Virus record (IMG/VR): IMGVR_UViG_3300025723_000069
Coordinates: 1 to 44,260 of that record
Length of the DNA: 44,260 nt
Source of the DNA: a virus
Lineage: Duplodnaviria; Caudoviricetes
Strand: one strand, 5' to 3'
Every line of letters begins with the position of its first letter. The stretch's first letter is position 1. A program made the position numbers and the translations under genes. Positions 9,347-18,536 of this stretch are shown here, one piece after another. The notes beneath the pieces are model-generated. The model was not told where the DNA came from. It did no database searches and saw only the letters and a list, made by a program, of their open reading frames with translations.

Positions 9347-9682
9347 ATGCGTAATCTATGTAAACAATGCGGTCAAAGACCTGTGGCCATAAATTATTAC
9401 AAAGAAGGTCAGGCGTTCTATAGATCAAAATGTGATCATTGTGCTCGCGGACATCAAGAATCAAGGCCGCTATGGGCCTTATATGGTTATAAGAAAAAAT
9501 CAGTATGTGAAAAATGTAGTTATGCTTCTAGACATGAAGAACAGTTTAATGTTTTTTATGTTGACGGAAACTTAACCAATAACAGAGTTACAAATTTAAA
9601 GACAGTTTGTGCTAACTGTCAACGCATACTACACAAAGAAGGAGTTAAGTGGCGACAAGGAGATTTGATTCCCGACTTCTAA
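9347..9682 (+). CDS. Zinc-finger / degenerate HNH-fold protein
   Basis: Four CxxC pairs; FYVDGNLTNNRVTNLKTVCANCQRILH follows the HNH pattern but lacks two of the usual His residues. Confidence 0.75.
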   Translation: MRNLCKQCGQRPVAINYYKEGQAFYRSKCDHCARGHQESRPLWALYGYKKKSVCEKCSYASRHEEQFNVFYVDGNLTNNRVTNLKTVCANCQRILHKEGVKWRQGDLIPDF

Positions 9683-10356
9683 ATTAAATCTAGAGCAAGT
9701 TTTGCACTCAATGGCAAATCAGCAGAGGGTAATATATCTTTAACCTGTATAAACAGATCGTCAATAGTACCATTGTTGTCTAAAACATGATCAAATTCTA
9801 TACCCACCCAGGCAGTTTCGCTGGCATGTACTTTTAATCTTTCTAGCTTTGCTCGACTTATGGCCCAGGTTGTATTACCATTAGGCCCGCGGTTAACACT
9901 AATAGCCGCATCGTACCATTCTGGCTCTGGGCCACGAACAACACGAATTACAATACCACCTGCATCTTTGATTGATTTAATTTCATTAGGAAAACGGCAG
10001 TCACTAATAACTATGTCATCTTTTGAATTGCGTAATTTATTCTCTAATGAAGCAATCCAAATATCATTATGAAATGCTTTTCGACAAACTTCTGTACCCC
10101 AAAATTGCAGGATCCAGCGAGGTGTTATGTCCATACCAAGGCGTTGACTCCACCATTCATCTCGTTGTTCGCGCCATTCACGGGCTTGTTTTGTACGGCC
10201 CTCTAGCATAGTTCGGTCCCAACCAAACACTTGTGCTACTGCATCTTTAAGACTGTTAGCAAACGATTCTCTGCGATATTGATGATAATTTACTAGATAA
10301 TCAGCTATTGTGTCCTTGCCACTTGATATAAATCCGCATATTCCAATAATACTCAT
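9679..10356 (-). CDS. Deoxynucleoside monophosphate kinase (T4 gp1-like)
   Basis: IIGICGFISSGKDT P-loop, FANSLKD, TPRWILQFWGTE and ISDCRFPNE. Confidence 0.92.
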   Translation of the reverse strand: MSIIGICGFISSGKDTIADYLVNYHQYRRESFANSLKDAVAQVFGWDRTMLEGRTKQAREWREQRDEWWSQRLGMDITPRWILQFWGTEVCRKAFHNDIWIASLENKLRNSKDDIVISDCRFPNEIKSIKDAGGIVIRVVRGPEPEWYDAAISVNRGPNGNTTWAISRAKLERLKVHASETAWVGIEFDHVLDNNGTIDDLFIQVKDILPSADLPLSAKLALDLI

Positions 10357-10378
10357 AGCATCCCTTAATTGATACTAT

Positions 10379-10407
10379 AATTTATTACAATTAGATTATG
10401 ATGTCAA
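10379..10407 (-). promoter_or_regulatory. Sigma70-type promoter for the dNMP kinase
   Basis: Minus strand TTGACA-N17-TAAATT upstream of the ATG at 10356. Confidence 0.7.
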
Positions 10408-10423
10408 TATTTTATTAGCCAAT

Positions 10424-11191
10424 TTAACCGGTGATCCAGGTCAATGGTTGACCGCCATCTTTGTAGTTGATTAGGTCTTGCTCTAGCATTTCAATTTCAG
10501 CTTTGCCTTCAGCTTTGAGTGCGGCACCATTTAACTGCGTTCCACCTTGAGGACTTGTGATTGTAGCAAACTTTTCACGTGCCTCACCTAGCATAATTTT
10601 ACAGGTTGCTAGGGCGTAATCCCGTAACCACTGTTGTGCATAAGGATCTTGTAACAGATTAAAATCAGGACGATAATTACTCATCCAAACCAACAACTCT
10701 TCTTCAGCACGAGGGCGTTGCATTATAGTCAACAGTTTTGTAGTAGGATTAAAAGTAAAGTTTATGTCGCTACCAAACATTTTACCGACCTGTTTTTGGT
10801 ATCCAGCAAAGGCATAATAAGTAGCTAGGCCACCCATGTTTGTTGATGCGAGCAAATATGTATTACTATAGGCTAAGTTAAATGGTTCAAACAATGTACC
10901 CCCAGCCCCGCCACCGGATCTTGAACCAATGCTTCTACGGAACAATTGACGCACACTCATTACTTCTTTAGGCATGTAATAGTCTGTAACATCAACTTGG
11001 ATAGTTAGAAATCCAAAACTTTCCTCAACACTATTGCTACTACGCTGACGGAATTTTGCCAGGGCACGACCTATAGCAGTATTATAGTGTATGGGATCCA
11101 ATTCTACATCTACCATACCCGAGCCTAACATGGCTTTGATATAGTCGATAACTTCTTGGTATTGATTTAAGGATGGGTCGTTGTCTATCAT
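10424..11191 (-). CDS. Neck protein (T4 gp13-like)
   Basis: YIKAMLGSGMVDVEL at the N-terminus; WLRDYALATCKIMLG..KF..PQGGTQLNG..EIEMLEQDL at the C-terminus. Confidence 0.85.
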   Translation of the reverse strand: MIDNDPSLNQYQEVIDYIKAMLGSGMVDVELDPIHYNTAIGRALAKFRQRSSNSVEESFGFLTIQVDVTDYYMPKEVMSVRQLFRRSIGSRSGGGAGGTLFEPFNLAYSNTYLLASTNMGGLATYYAFAGYQKQVGKMFGSDINFTFNPTTKLLTIMQRPRAEEELLVWMSNYRPDFNLLQDPYAQQWLRDYALATCKIMLGEAREKFATITSPQGGTQLNGAALKAEGKAEIEMLEQDLINYKDGGQPLTWITG

Positions 11192-11196
11192 ATCGA

Positions 11197-11212
11197 TATT
11201 TAGCGATAAATA
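11197..11212. promoter_or_regulatory. Back-to-back late promoter pair TATTTA-GCGA-TAAATA
   Basis: Inverted TAAATA motifs 4 nt apart between the two divergent neck genes. Confidence 0.75.
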
Positions 11213-11233
11213 ACACTAACCAGGAGAACTAAA

Positions 11234-12439
11234 ATCCCAAGATTATCACTTTATAAACCGGAGAAAGGGCCGGACTTCCGCTTCATTGATCGCGTGGTCA
11301 ACGAGCAGTTTCAGGTTGGTGGTACAGATATTTTTATTCACAAATACCTCGGTCCAGTTGCTCCGCAAGATGGTGAATCTACTCCTACAACTCCTAATAC
11401 CAGTGCAAATCCTATTCCAGAACTAGGCATACAAGATGTCCTGTTCATGGAAAATCGCGATCGCAACTACGAGCCAGATGTATATACAATTCGTGGAATT
11501 TATACAATGGCTGATTTAGATTTTAATTTAAGTCAGTTTGGATTGTTTCTACAAAATGATACAGTATTAATGCACTTTCATTTACGCAACTGTGTGGATA
11601 CGCTGGGGCGTAAAATCATGCCTGGCGATGTGCTAGAATTACCTCACTTAAAAGATGAATATGCTCTAGACAACAATTTTGTTGCTCTTAAAAGATTTTA
11701 TGTTGTGCAGGATGTTACTCGTCCTGCCAATGGTTTTAGTCAAACATGGTATCCTCATTTAGTTCGCGCCAAGTGTGTACCGTTGATTGACAGTCAAGAA
11801 TTCAGTCAAATATTTGCACAAGATGCAGGCAATGGTGACGGAACTACACTAAAAGATTTACTCAGTACTTACAATCAAAGTATACAAATCAATGATCAGA
11901 TTATTACACAGGCTGCATTAGACGCACCTGTTAGCGGGTATGATACTAATCAGTTTTTTGTCATACCCATAAGTTCGAGTACAGGCCTAGTAAGTTATGC
12001 ACCTACTAGTGATGTCACAGATGATGCCAGTATAGATACCATGGATGCCAGCATGATTCTAAATACTCCTAATGGTCAAGTTTATGTAGGATATGCATCA
12101 GGTAATACTATACCTAAAAATGGTGCGGCCTTTGGATCAGGCACACAATTTCCTACAGATCCTAGCATAGGTCAATATTATTTGAGAGTTGATTATCTTC
12201 CTAATGTCTTGTACAGATTTGATGGCGGCAAATGGATTATGACTGAACAAAATGTACGCATGACTATGAATCAGTTTGGTGCACAGGATGTTAGTACTGG
12301 AACTTTCTTTGGCTCACAGATACGACAAACACAGAAGACCAGTTTCATCAACAATACTACAACTGCTACTATCAATGGAAAACTTGTTGTAGAGAAACAA
12401 GCATTGAATACAGCATTAAAACCCAAGGCGGACAACTAA
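11234..12439 (+). CDS. Neck/head-closure protein (T4 gp14-like), start probably at non-canonical ATC
   Basis: LSQFGLFL, KIMPGDVLELP and F..TWYPHL motifs plus position before the gp15-like gene. The frame is open 60 nt upstream of the track's GTG (11294), and AGGAG lies 7 nt before ATC at 11234. Confidence 0.65.
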   Translation: MPRLSLYKPEKGPDFRFIDRVVNEQFQVGGTDIFIHKYLGPVAPQDGESTPTTPNTSANPIPELGIQDVLFMENRDRNYEPDVYTIRGIYTMADLDFNLSQFGLFLQNDTVLMHFHLRNCVDTLGRKIMPGDVLELPHLKDEYALDNNFVALKRFYVVQDVTRPANGFSQTWYPHLVRAKCVPLIDSQEFSQIFAQDAGNGDGTTLKDLLSTYNQSIQINDQIITQAALDAPVSGYDTNQFFVIPISSSTGLVSYAPTSDVTDDASIDTMDASMILNTPNGQVYVGYASGNTIPKNGAAFGSGTQFPTDPSIGQYYLRVDYLPNVLYRFDGGKWIMTEQNVRMTMNQFGAQDVSTGTFFGSQIRQTQKTSFINNTTTATINGKLVVEKQALNTALKPKADN

Positions 12440-12440
12440 A

Positions 12441-13841
12441 ATGGATCATTTTTATTCGGGGCAAGTACGCCGATATCTAACCCAGTACATGAGATTAATG
12501 AGTAATTTTTCTTGGAAAGATAGCTCAGGTAAGTTAAGTCAAATACCAGTAATGTATGGTGATCCTAGTCGTCAGGCCAGTGCATTGTTGAAAAAGAATT
12601 CAGAGAATGTAATGCCTACTGCACCATTCATTGCTTGCTATATCAAAGGACTAGACTATGACCAAAGTCGACTACAAGATCCTACATTTGTCAGTAAGGT
12701 ACAAATTCGTGAGCGCGAATTTGATGAAACAACAGGTCAATACTTGAACACTCAAGGACTGGGATATACTGTAGAGCGTATTATGCCAAGTCCATACAAA
12801 TTAACATTTGTAGCAGACTTATGGACTACTAATACTGAACAAAAGTTGCAGATATTTGAACAGATTGCGTATTTGTTTAATCCTAGTCTAGAACTTCAAA
12901 CTACTGATAACTTTATAGACTGGACTAGCTTAACTGTATTACAATTAGAAAGTACAAGTTGGACTAGTCGTCAGATACCCCAAGGTGTTGATCAAAACAT
13001 TGATATAATGAATATGACATTTACAACACCTATATGGATTACACCTCCTGCTAAAGTTATGAAGATGGGTGTCATTACTAAAATTATTGCTAATGTTTTT
13101 GCTGATCAACAAGGCACTATCATAACTGACTACGATGATCCTAATGCTGTTTATCCTGGATTAGGTAATCTAGTTGAATCTGTGGTAGTTACACCTGGCA
13201 ATTTTGAATTAATGGTATTAGATGGTGTGGCCGGTTTGTTGACCAATGAAATAGACACAGCCTCAAGTGATACAACGATGCCTGGCAATACAGTATCGTG
13301 GCGTAAACTATTAGATTTATATCCTGGTCAATTCCGTGCAAATATCAGTCAGCTGAGATTATCTAAGCCCAACGGTAACGAAATTGTTGCTTACATTAGC
13401 TTAGATCCGTATGATGAGCGTAGAATGTTGCTGACATTTGATACAGATACTATACCTGCCAACAATGCCCTACTGAACCGTCCCTTAGGTACTGTAGATG
13501 CAATTATAAATCCTGAGACATTTGCTCCAGGAACACCAGTGACTAATGTTACATATCTAATATTAGAAAATATCAATGTTGTATCAGAATATGGTCAACC
13601 TGGTTATAGTGGCCCTGTGGCATGGAAAAATGCTGATCAAAGCGACTTTCAAGCATTGGCCAATGACATCATACAGTGGGATGGAGTTAAGTGGAATGTG
13701 ATATTCAATTCTGCTGATGTGGTTGAAGTTCATTACATAACTAATTCATATACAGGTATACAATACAAGTGGGACGGACATCAGTGGTCGAAGAGCTTTG
13801 AAGGCATCTACCCAGCATTAGGATGGCGTCTTGTGTTATGA
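12441..13841 (+). CDS. Tail terminator / sheath stabiliser (T4 gp15-like) with C-terminal extension
   Basis: HFYSGQVRRY, QIPVMYG, PSPYKL and QIFEQIAYLFNP; extension contains WDG..W motifs. Confidence 0.8.
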   Translation: MDHFYSGQVRRYLTQYMRLMSNFSWKDSSGKLSQIPVMYGDPSRQASALLKKNSENVMPTAPFIACYIKGLDYDQSRLQDPTFVSKVQIREREFDETTGQYLNTQGLGYTVERIMPSPYKLTFVADLWTTNTEQKLQIFEQIAYLFNPSLELQTTDNFIDWTSLTVLQLESTSWTSRQIPQGVDQNIDIMNMTFTTPIWITPPAKVMKMGVITKIIANVFADQQGTIITDYDDPNAVYPGLGNLVESVVVTPGNFELMVLDGVAGLLTNEIDTASSDTTMPGNTVSWRKLLDLYPGQFRANISQLRLSKPNGNEIVAYISLDPYDERRMLLTFDTDTIPANNALLNRPLGTVDAIINPETFAPGTPVTNVTYLILENINVVSEYGQPGYSGPVAWKNADQSDFQALANDIIQWDGVKWNVIFNSADVVEVHYITNSYTGIQYKWDGHQWSKSFEGIYPALGWRLVL

Positions 13842-13847
13842 TAAACA

Positions 13848-14297
13848 ATGAACGCTGAAACAACATCAACTCAACAAATCATTTGCAGTGGAGGTTTATT
13901 CCTAGCTCGAGATACTCGCAGATTTTTGTTTCTCTTACGAACACAAGGTAAGACCGCTGGTACTTGGGGGCTAGTTGGTGGTCGTAAAGAGCCTACGGAT
14001 GCCACAGCCTTTGAAGCACTGAGTCGTGAGATACAGGAAGAAGTAGGTGCTACGCCTAAGATAAAAAAGATTATTCCTCTAGAGCTGTTTACCAGCAATG
14101 ATCAAAACTTCCAGTACAACACCTATGTACTAATGATCGATCGTGAATTTATTCCTACACTAAATGAGGAACACAGTGGCTATGCTTGGACTGGATTTGA
14201 TCAATGGCCCAAACCCTTGCACCAGGGTGTAAAGAACAGTTTCAACAATCGTGCTGTTCGTGCTAAATTAGAATTACTATTAGACTTAATAGATTAA
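13848..14297 (+). CDS. Nudix hydrolase
   Basis: WGLVGGRKEPTDATAFEALSREIQEEVG Nudix box; LNEEHSGYAW. Confidence 0.92.
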   Translation: MNAETTSTQQIICSGGLFLARDTRRFLFLLRTQGKTAGTWGLVGGRKEPTDATAFEALSREIQEEVGATPKIKKIIPLELFTSNDQNFQYNTYVLMIDREFIPTLNEEHSGYAWTGFDQWPKPLHQGVKNSFNNRAVRAKLELLLDLID

Positions 14298-14500
14298 GGT
14301 AGAGTAGCGTAGAGATCACGCTTCTGTTGATTGGTCAACGGTGTGCCGTTAGAATCATTGATGTCTACACTGTTAGATACATCACGTTTAAAAATAACAT
14401 AGTCAGTATTATCTAGTGCAAAAGGAATATAAAGATTGTCTTCAAGCCTTTTAACTATCTCAATGTTGTTTGTAATTAAATTCTTTACTAATTGATACAT
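14294..14500 (-). CDS. Small fibre-associated protein (possible assembly chaperone)
   Basis: Start reassigned to ATG 14500 (MYQLVK; SD GGAG, 2 nt after the upstream stop); IPFALDNTDY motif; follows a fibre gene. Confidence 0.65.
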   Translation of the reverse strand: MYQLVKNLITNNIEIVKRLEDNLYIPFALDNTDYVIFKRDVSNSVDINDSNGTPLTNQQKRDLYATLP

Positions 14501-14502
14501 TT

Positions 14503-15672
14503 TTATAACTCCGATGATGCCGTCCATTGACCATAAATTTCTGCGTTTGTCCAAGCACCTATACCAGAAGCTGTATTTTGATAAAATCCGTTTACTCCAA
14601 CTCCTGTTGGACTAGGAGTAAGAGTAAGTCCGCCTCCTGAATAAGTACCAGACCATCCGGTACCGCCACTGGTATTCCAAAAAGAAAGAGACGGTGTACC
14701 TCTTTTAGTAACTTTAAAATTCACTGTAGATCCCAAAGCTCCTCCCCCTTGGGTTGTACCTCGTTGTATTGTCATACCAACATCTGTAGCTGTACCAGGT
14801 GGAGTTGTAACATCGTATGACATTTCATAATATCGCTGACACATCTGCAGTTCTCTAGTATAGTCTCTATAGTCAAAAGTTGTAGCCGACGCACCTGCTT
14901 CTAATTGCACGCCACTGATATACATTGTAGCACCATTGGTTGCTAATAAATTAGTTGAACCAGCAGAACCTATAGCAAAACTTTTTGTAGTCCATGCATT
15001 AGCAGTATCTTGGTAAGTTGATCCTGCGGCTAATGTAATGCCAAATTCTATACCAATTCCGGTGGTATTATTCCACGATCCTGTTGTTGGTCCCAGAATT
15101 GTCCGTGTAATTTGTACCCATGTATTTGCCGCTGATATAGTAAATGTAAATGGATAACTATAGGTATTGCCACTGTTAGATACATACCCGCTGAATGTTC
15201 CTGTCAGTGAACAGTTTACCCAGAATGATACCGATACCGATTGTGCAGAACTAGTTCCCCATGCTAGGTCAGCAACATTATAACCTTCTATACGTTGGCT
15301 GAAAGTTGCATAGACTCCCGAAGATACTGTTGTTGCAGATCCCGATGTGATCAATGCACTATTGGTATAACCTGTTGGAACACTTGCCGTGCTCTGTTCT
15401 AGATAAAAATATCCCAAAGCATTAGCCCAATAACCCCAGCGATCTAGTGTATTATATTTTAAAGTTGAACTTGCTACCTGATTACTCACAGGTGAGCTAC
15501 CTCTTTGTGCAAATGTCATTGCACCGTTGATCAATCTATTTTTAAAGGATGGGGGTGCTGAGACTCCACCAGCAAGTCTAGCCCAATAGTTAGTTGCACT
15601 GGTATAGGAATAAGTAATTCCATTGCTCAGTGTTGCAATTTGACCGTTAGTTGGGGAAGTTGGGAAGCTCAT
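14503..15672 (-). CDS. Fibre/receptor-binding protein with carbohydrate-binding-like domain
   Basis: N-terminal MSFPTSPTNG module, KNRLINGAM..QRG, DRW, QRIEG and GVQLEAG..AT.F..R....EL..CQRYY. Confidence 0.75.
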   Translation of the reverse strand: MSFPTSPTNGQIATLSNGITYSYTSATNYWARLAGGVSAPPSFKNRLINGAMTFAQRGSSPVSNQVASSTLKYNTLDRWGYWANALGYFYLEQSTASVPTGYTNSALITSGSATTVSSGVYATFSQRIEGYNVADLAWGTSSAQSVSVSFWVNCSLTGTFSGYVSNSGNTYSYPFTFTISAANTWVQITRTILGPTTGSWNNTTGIGIEFGITLAAGSTYQDTANAWTTKSFAIGSAGSTNLLATNGATMYISGVQLEAGASATTFDYRDYTRELQMCQRYYEMSYDVTTPPGTATDVGMTIQRGTTQGGGALGSTVNFKVTKRGTPSLSFWNTSGGTGWSGTYSGGGLTLTPSPTGVGVNGFYQNTASGIGAWTNAEIYGQWTASSEL

Positions 15673-15680
15673 AGTACTTG

Positions 15681-15686
15681 TATTTA
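15681..15686 (-). promoter_or_regulatory. Putative late promoter TAAATA
   Basis: 8 nt upstream of the ATG at 15672; a second copy lies at 15696-15701. Confidence 0.65.
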
Positions 15687-15732
15687 ACTAATTTTTATTT
15701 ATGTATGACTGAATTAATAAATGTTTGGATAA

Positions 15733-17211
15733 TCAAATTGTAAAAGATCCGCTGGCATTAAATTGATAAACATGAAGATGTGCGGATGTATTGTGAGTAT
15801 ATGTAGGACTTCCTGTAACGGAGGTAGCTGGTGAATAAGAGTCGCTCCAACTTACAATGACTACACCTTTGCCGCCGTTTCCGCCTGCAAATTTTGTACA
15901 TGGACTACTTTGGTAAGCACCTCCGCCTCCGCCTCCGCCGCCGGTGTTAGCACAGCCATTGGTTCCTGACGTTGCATTTGTTCCACTAACCCCACTTCCA
16001 AGTTTTGATCCACCGTAGCCGCCACCACCAGAGCCACCTGGTGCAGAATAGCCAGTGGCGGCATAAATGCCACCACCGCCACCACCGCCACCCGCATAAT
16101 ACACTGCAGATCCAGTTACACTTGACTGTAAACCAACTCCTCCAGCTCCTCCACCGCCTGAACAATATGTCGAAGACGGATTACCTCCAACTCCTCCAGC
16201 ACCTCCGCCACCACCGCCATTCTGCGGAACTCCGGTTATTCCTACTCCACCTGCATAACCTTGCCCACTAACAGGAGTCCCACCACTGCTATTACCGTAA
16301 GTAGATCCTCCACCACTGCCCCCAGCAAGTCCAGATGCTCCGTTAGTACAATAATATGAACCACCTTTACCACCACCACAGGTAGATATGCTTAAAGTAC
16401 CTATGCTACTTGAGCAACCTTTGGTAGTAGCAGAAGCGGCACCTGATCCTCCTCCTCCTACTGTCACCGCATAAACCGTACAAGCAGTTACACCTGCAGT
16501 TCCAGTTTTCATTCCTCCAGCACCTCCTCCTCCAGCACCCGGTGATTGATTACCCCAACCGCCTCCACCGCCACCTGCTACAACTAGATAACTAATTGAA
16601 CTAGGTTTAGATACGCTAGTTGTAACACTGTTACTAGATGTACTAGCAGAGCTGGTACCAACACTGTTGGTAGCAGTTACTGTAAACGTATATGTAGTAC
16701 CATTGGCTAACCCAGATACTGTAATAGTTCCGGATCCAGCTTGACTTAATGTTCCGGTAATCCCGCCAGGGCTACTTGTTGCTGTATAGCTTGTTATAGT
16801 TGCACCACCATTACTAGCAGGTGCTGTAAATGGCACACTGGCTGTTGTAACAGTGACTGTCACTGTTCCAATCGTTGGTGCACCTGGGACAACTGCTACT
16901 ATAGTTGTTGTTGTATTTGATTTTGCACCTGTACTACCAACTACATTTGTTGCAGTAACTATTGCATATATAGTATTGCCCACATCGGCTGAACCTAATG
17001 TATAAGTAGTTGCTGTGGCTCCACTGATTACAGTACTTGGGCTTCTATACCACTGATATGTATAGCTAATTGTAGATCGAGAAGTCCAAGTTCCGTTGGT
17101 CGTTGTCAACGTAGAGCCAAATTGAGTTGTTCCAGTAACAGCAGGAGCTATTGTATTGATAGGTGGGGAATCATAAGAACCTCCAACAAAGGCATTAAGA
17201 ATGCCACTCAT
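15733..17211 (-). CDS. Ig-like + fibronectin type III + glycine-rich virion protein (putative fibre tip/adhesin)
   Basis: YTYQWYR..ISGATATTYTL (Ig-like); PGAP..APASNGGATITSY..GLANGTTYTFTVTATN.VG (FN3); YLVVAGGGGGG..GGKGVVIV (Gly-rich). Confidence 0.8.
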   Translation of the reverse strand: MSGILNAFVGGSYDSPPINTIAPAVTGTTQFGSTLTTTNGTWTSRSTISYTYQWYRSPSTVISGATATTYTLGSADVGNTIYAIVTATNVVGSTGAKSNTTTTIVAVVPGAPTIGTVTVTVTTASVPFTAPASNGGATITSYTATSSPGGITGTLSQAGSGTITVSGLANGTTYTFTVTATNSVGTSSASTSSNSVTTSVSKPSSISYLVVAGGGGGGWGNQSPGAGGGGAGGMKTGTAGVTACTVYAVTVGGGGSGAASATTKGCSSSIGTLSISTCGGGKGGSYYCTNGASGLAGGSGGGSTYGNSSGGTPVSGQGYAGGVGITGVPQNGGGGGGAGGVGGNPSSTYCSGGGGAGGVGLQSSVTGSAVYYAGGGGGGGGIYAATGYSAPGGSGGGGYGGSKLGSGVSGTNATSGTNGCANTGGGGGGGGAYQSSPCTKFAGGNGGKGVVIVSWSDSYSPATSVTGSPTYTHNTSAHLHVYQFNASGSFTI

Positions 17212-18455
17212 GTCACATTAGTTCCTGTTAGTAACCATTGAGTTGTTGCTATTTTAATACAATTGGCAACACCGTACTGTGCCAAAGTTCTAGATCCTGA
17301 TGCACCACCCTGCGCCCACGTCAATGTGTCAGAGTTGATGGCAATTGTCACAGCCTGTGTTGACATATTAATAAACTGAATCACAGTACCTAAAGCGTAA
17401 GGTACTGATGCGTTTGCCGCAATAGTAAATGTTCTAGCATTAGCATCACTTGCAGGGTGAAAAATACACCACCCTGCATCCGAAGCAATAGTTGTGTATG
17501 CCGCACTTTGGCTATTTTGAGGAATACCAAGATTGGCATAAGTCCCAATTGTAGCGGTAGTTAATATTACTGCACCACCAATAGTTCCAACCGTTGTTAC
17601 CGATAGTGTGTTTGCACTTATAGTACTAGTTGCTGTGATACTAGTTGCTGTGATACTGGTTGCTGTGATACTATTACCAAAGATAGCATTAAATGTACCC
17701 GTTCCACCTACATTTAAATTACCACCAATACCTGCTCCACCTGCAACAGTAAGCGCACCGGTTGTGGTATTAGAGCTAACTGTGGTATTAATTATTGTAA
17801 ATATATCTGGAGAAGTAACCTGTGTTTGCGTAACTGTAGTGTACTGTATAGTTAATTGTTGAGCAGTAATTGTACCGCCAATATATAGATCGCCACCGAT
17901 ACCTACACCACCTGCTACAACTAATGCACCAGATGCAGTACCTGTAGTGGCAGTATTATTAGTAATTGCAAATGCACTGGTAGTTCCTGAACTGGCAGCG
18001 CCGACAGTAGCACCGGCTACCTGTAAATTGCCGCCTGCGACACTCAGCGGCACCCCACCAATATCAATGGTACTGGAAGTAACATACAAGGTACGGAATC
18101 TATATGAAGGACTACCTAGATCATAACTAGCAGTGGCACTGGGAATAATACTCTGTGTAATAGTACCACCACTGAATGCATTGGTGATTGTAGGGCCCGT
18201 GATATCCAACCAAGCAAAAGTCGTTCCATCTGTGGTATATCTCGCAATGGTATCTGTCAGTGTATTATACCAAAGATCACCAACTCCGGGATTGGCAGGT
18301 GGAGTACTAGAACTGGTTGTGCGTGTTCCGCCTCCCGAAATCTGCCCAGCGGCAACAATACCTCCGGCTATATTCAGTGCACCAGATCCTGTATTTGAAA
18401 TAGTTACGGTACCTGTGGAACTTTCTAAGAATGATAATTGGCCTGCTTGAGTCAT
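17208..18455 (-). CDS. Short fibre protein built from the same modules as the giant fibres
   Basis: PPANPGVGDLWY module, YDLGSPSYRFRTLY, GALxVAGGxGIGG repeats, TSPDIFTI and a distinct C-terminal domain. Confidence 0.8.
   Translation of the reverse strand: MTQAGQLSFLESSTGTVTISNTGSGALNIAGGIVAAGQISGGGTRTTSSSTPPANPGVGDLWYNTLTDTIARYTTDGTTFAWLDITGPTITNAFSGGTITQSIIPSATASYDLGSPSYRFRTLYVTSSTIDIGGVPLSVAGGNLQVAGATVGAASSGTTSAFAITNNTATTGTASGALVVAGGVGIGGDLYIGGTITAQQLTIQYTTVTQTQVTSPDIFTIINTTVSSNTTTGALTVAGGAGIGGNLNVGGTGTFNAIFGNSITATSITATSITATSTISANTLSVTTVGTIGGAVILTTATIGTYANLGIPQNSQSAAYTTIASDAGWCIFHPASDANARTFTIAANASVPYALGTVIQFINMSTQAVTIAINSDTLTWAQGGASGSRTLAQYGVANCIKIATTQWLLTGTNVT
17625..17673. repeat. 15-bp tandem repeat x3 (SITAT)
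   Basis: actagttgctgtgat three times with one mismatch. Confidence 0.9.
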
Positions 18456-18461
18456 ATGTTA

Positions 18462-18469
18462 TATTTATA
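18462..18469 (-). promoter_or_regulatory. T4-type late promoter TATAAATA
   Basis: Exact match 6 nt upstream of the ATG at 18455. Confidence 0.8.
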
Positions 18470-18483
18470 CTCAAAGAAAGCTC

Positions 18484-18512
18484 TTGACATTCTATATGCA
18501 GATAAGTAGTAT
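18484..18512 (+). promoter_or_regulatory. Sigma70-like promoter with overlapping TAAGTA for the oxygenase cassette
   Basis: TTGACA-N17-TAGTAT; TAAGTA at 18503-18508; SD GGAG before ATG 18537. Confidence 0.6.
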
Positions 18513-18536
18513 ATACATATACAACGGAGAAACCCC

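Noticed and set aside
14501-14554. Track start at 14554 for the small fibre-associated gene
   Set aside because: Overlaps the upstream gene; ATG 14500 has an SD and follows the upstream stop.
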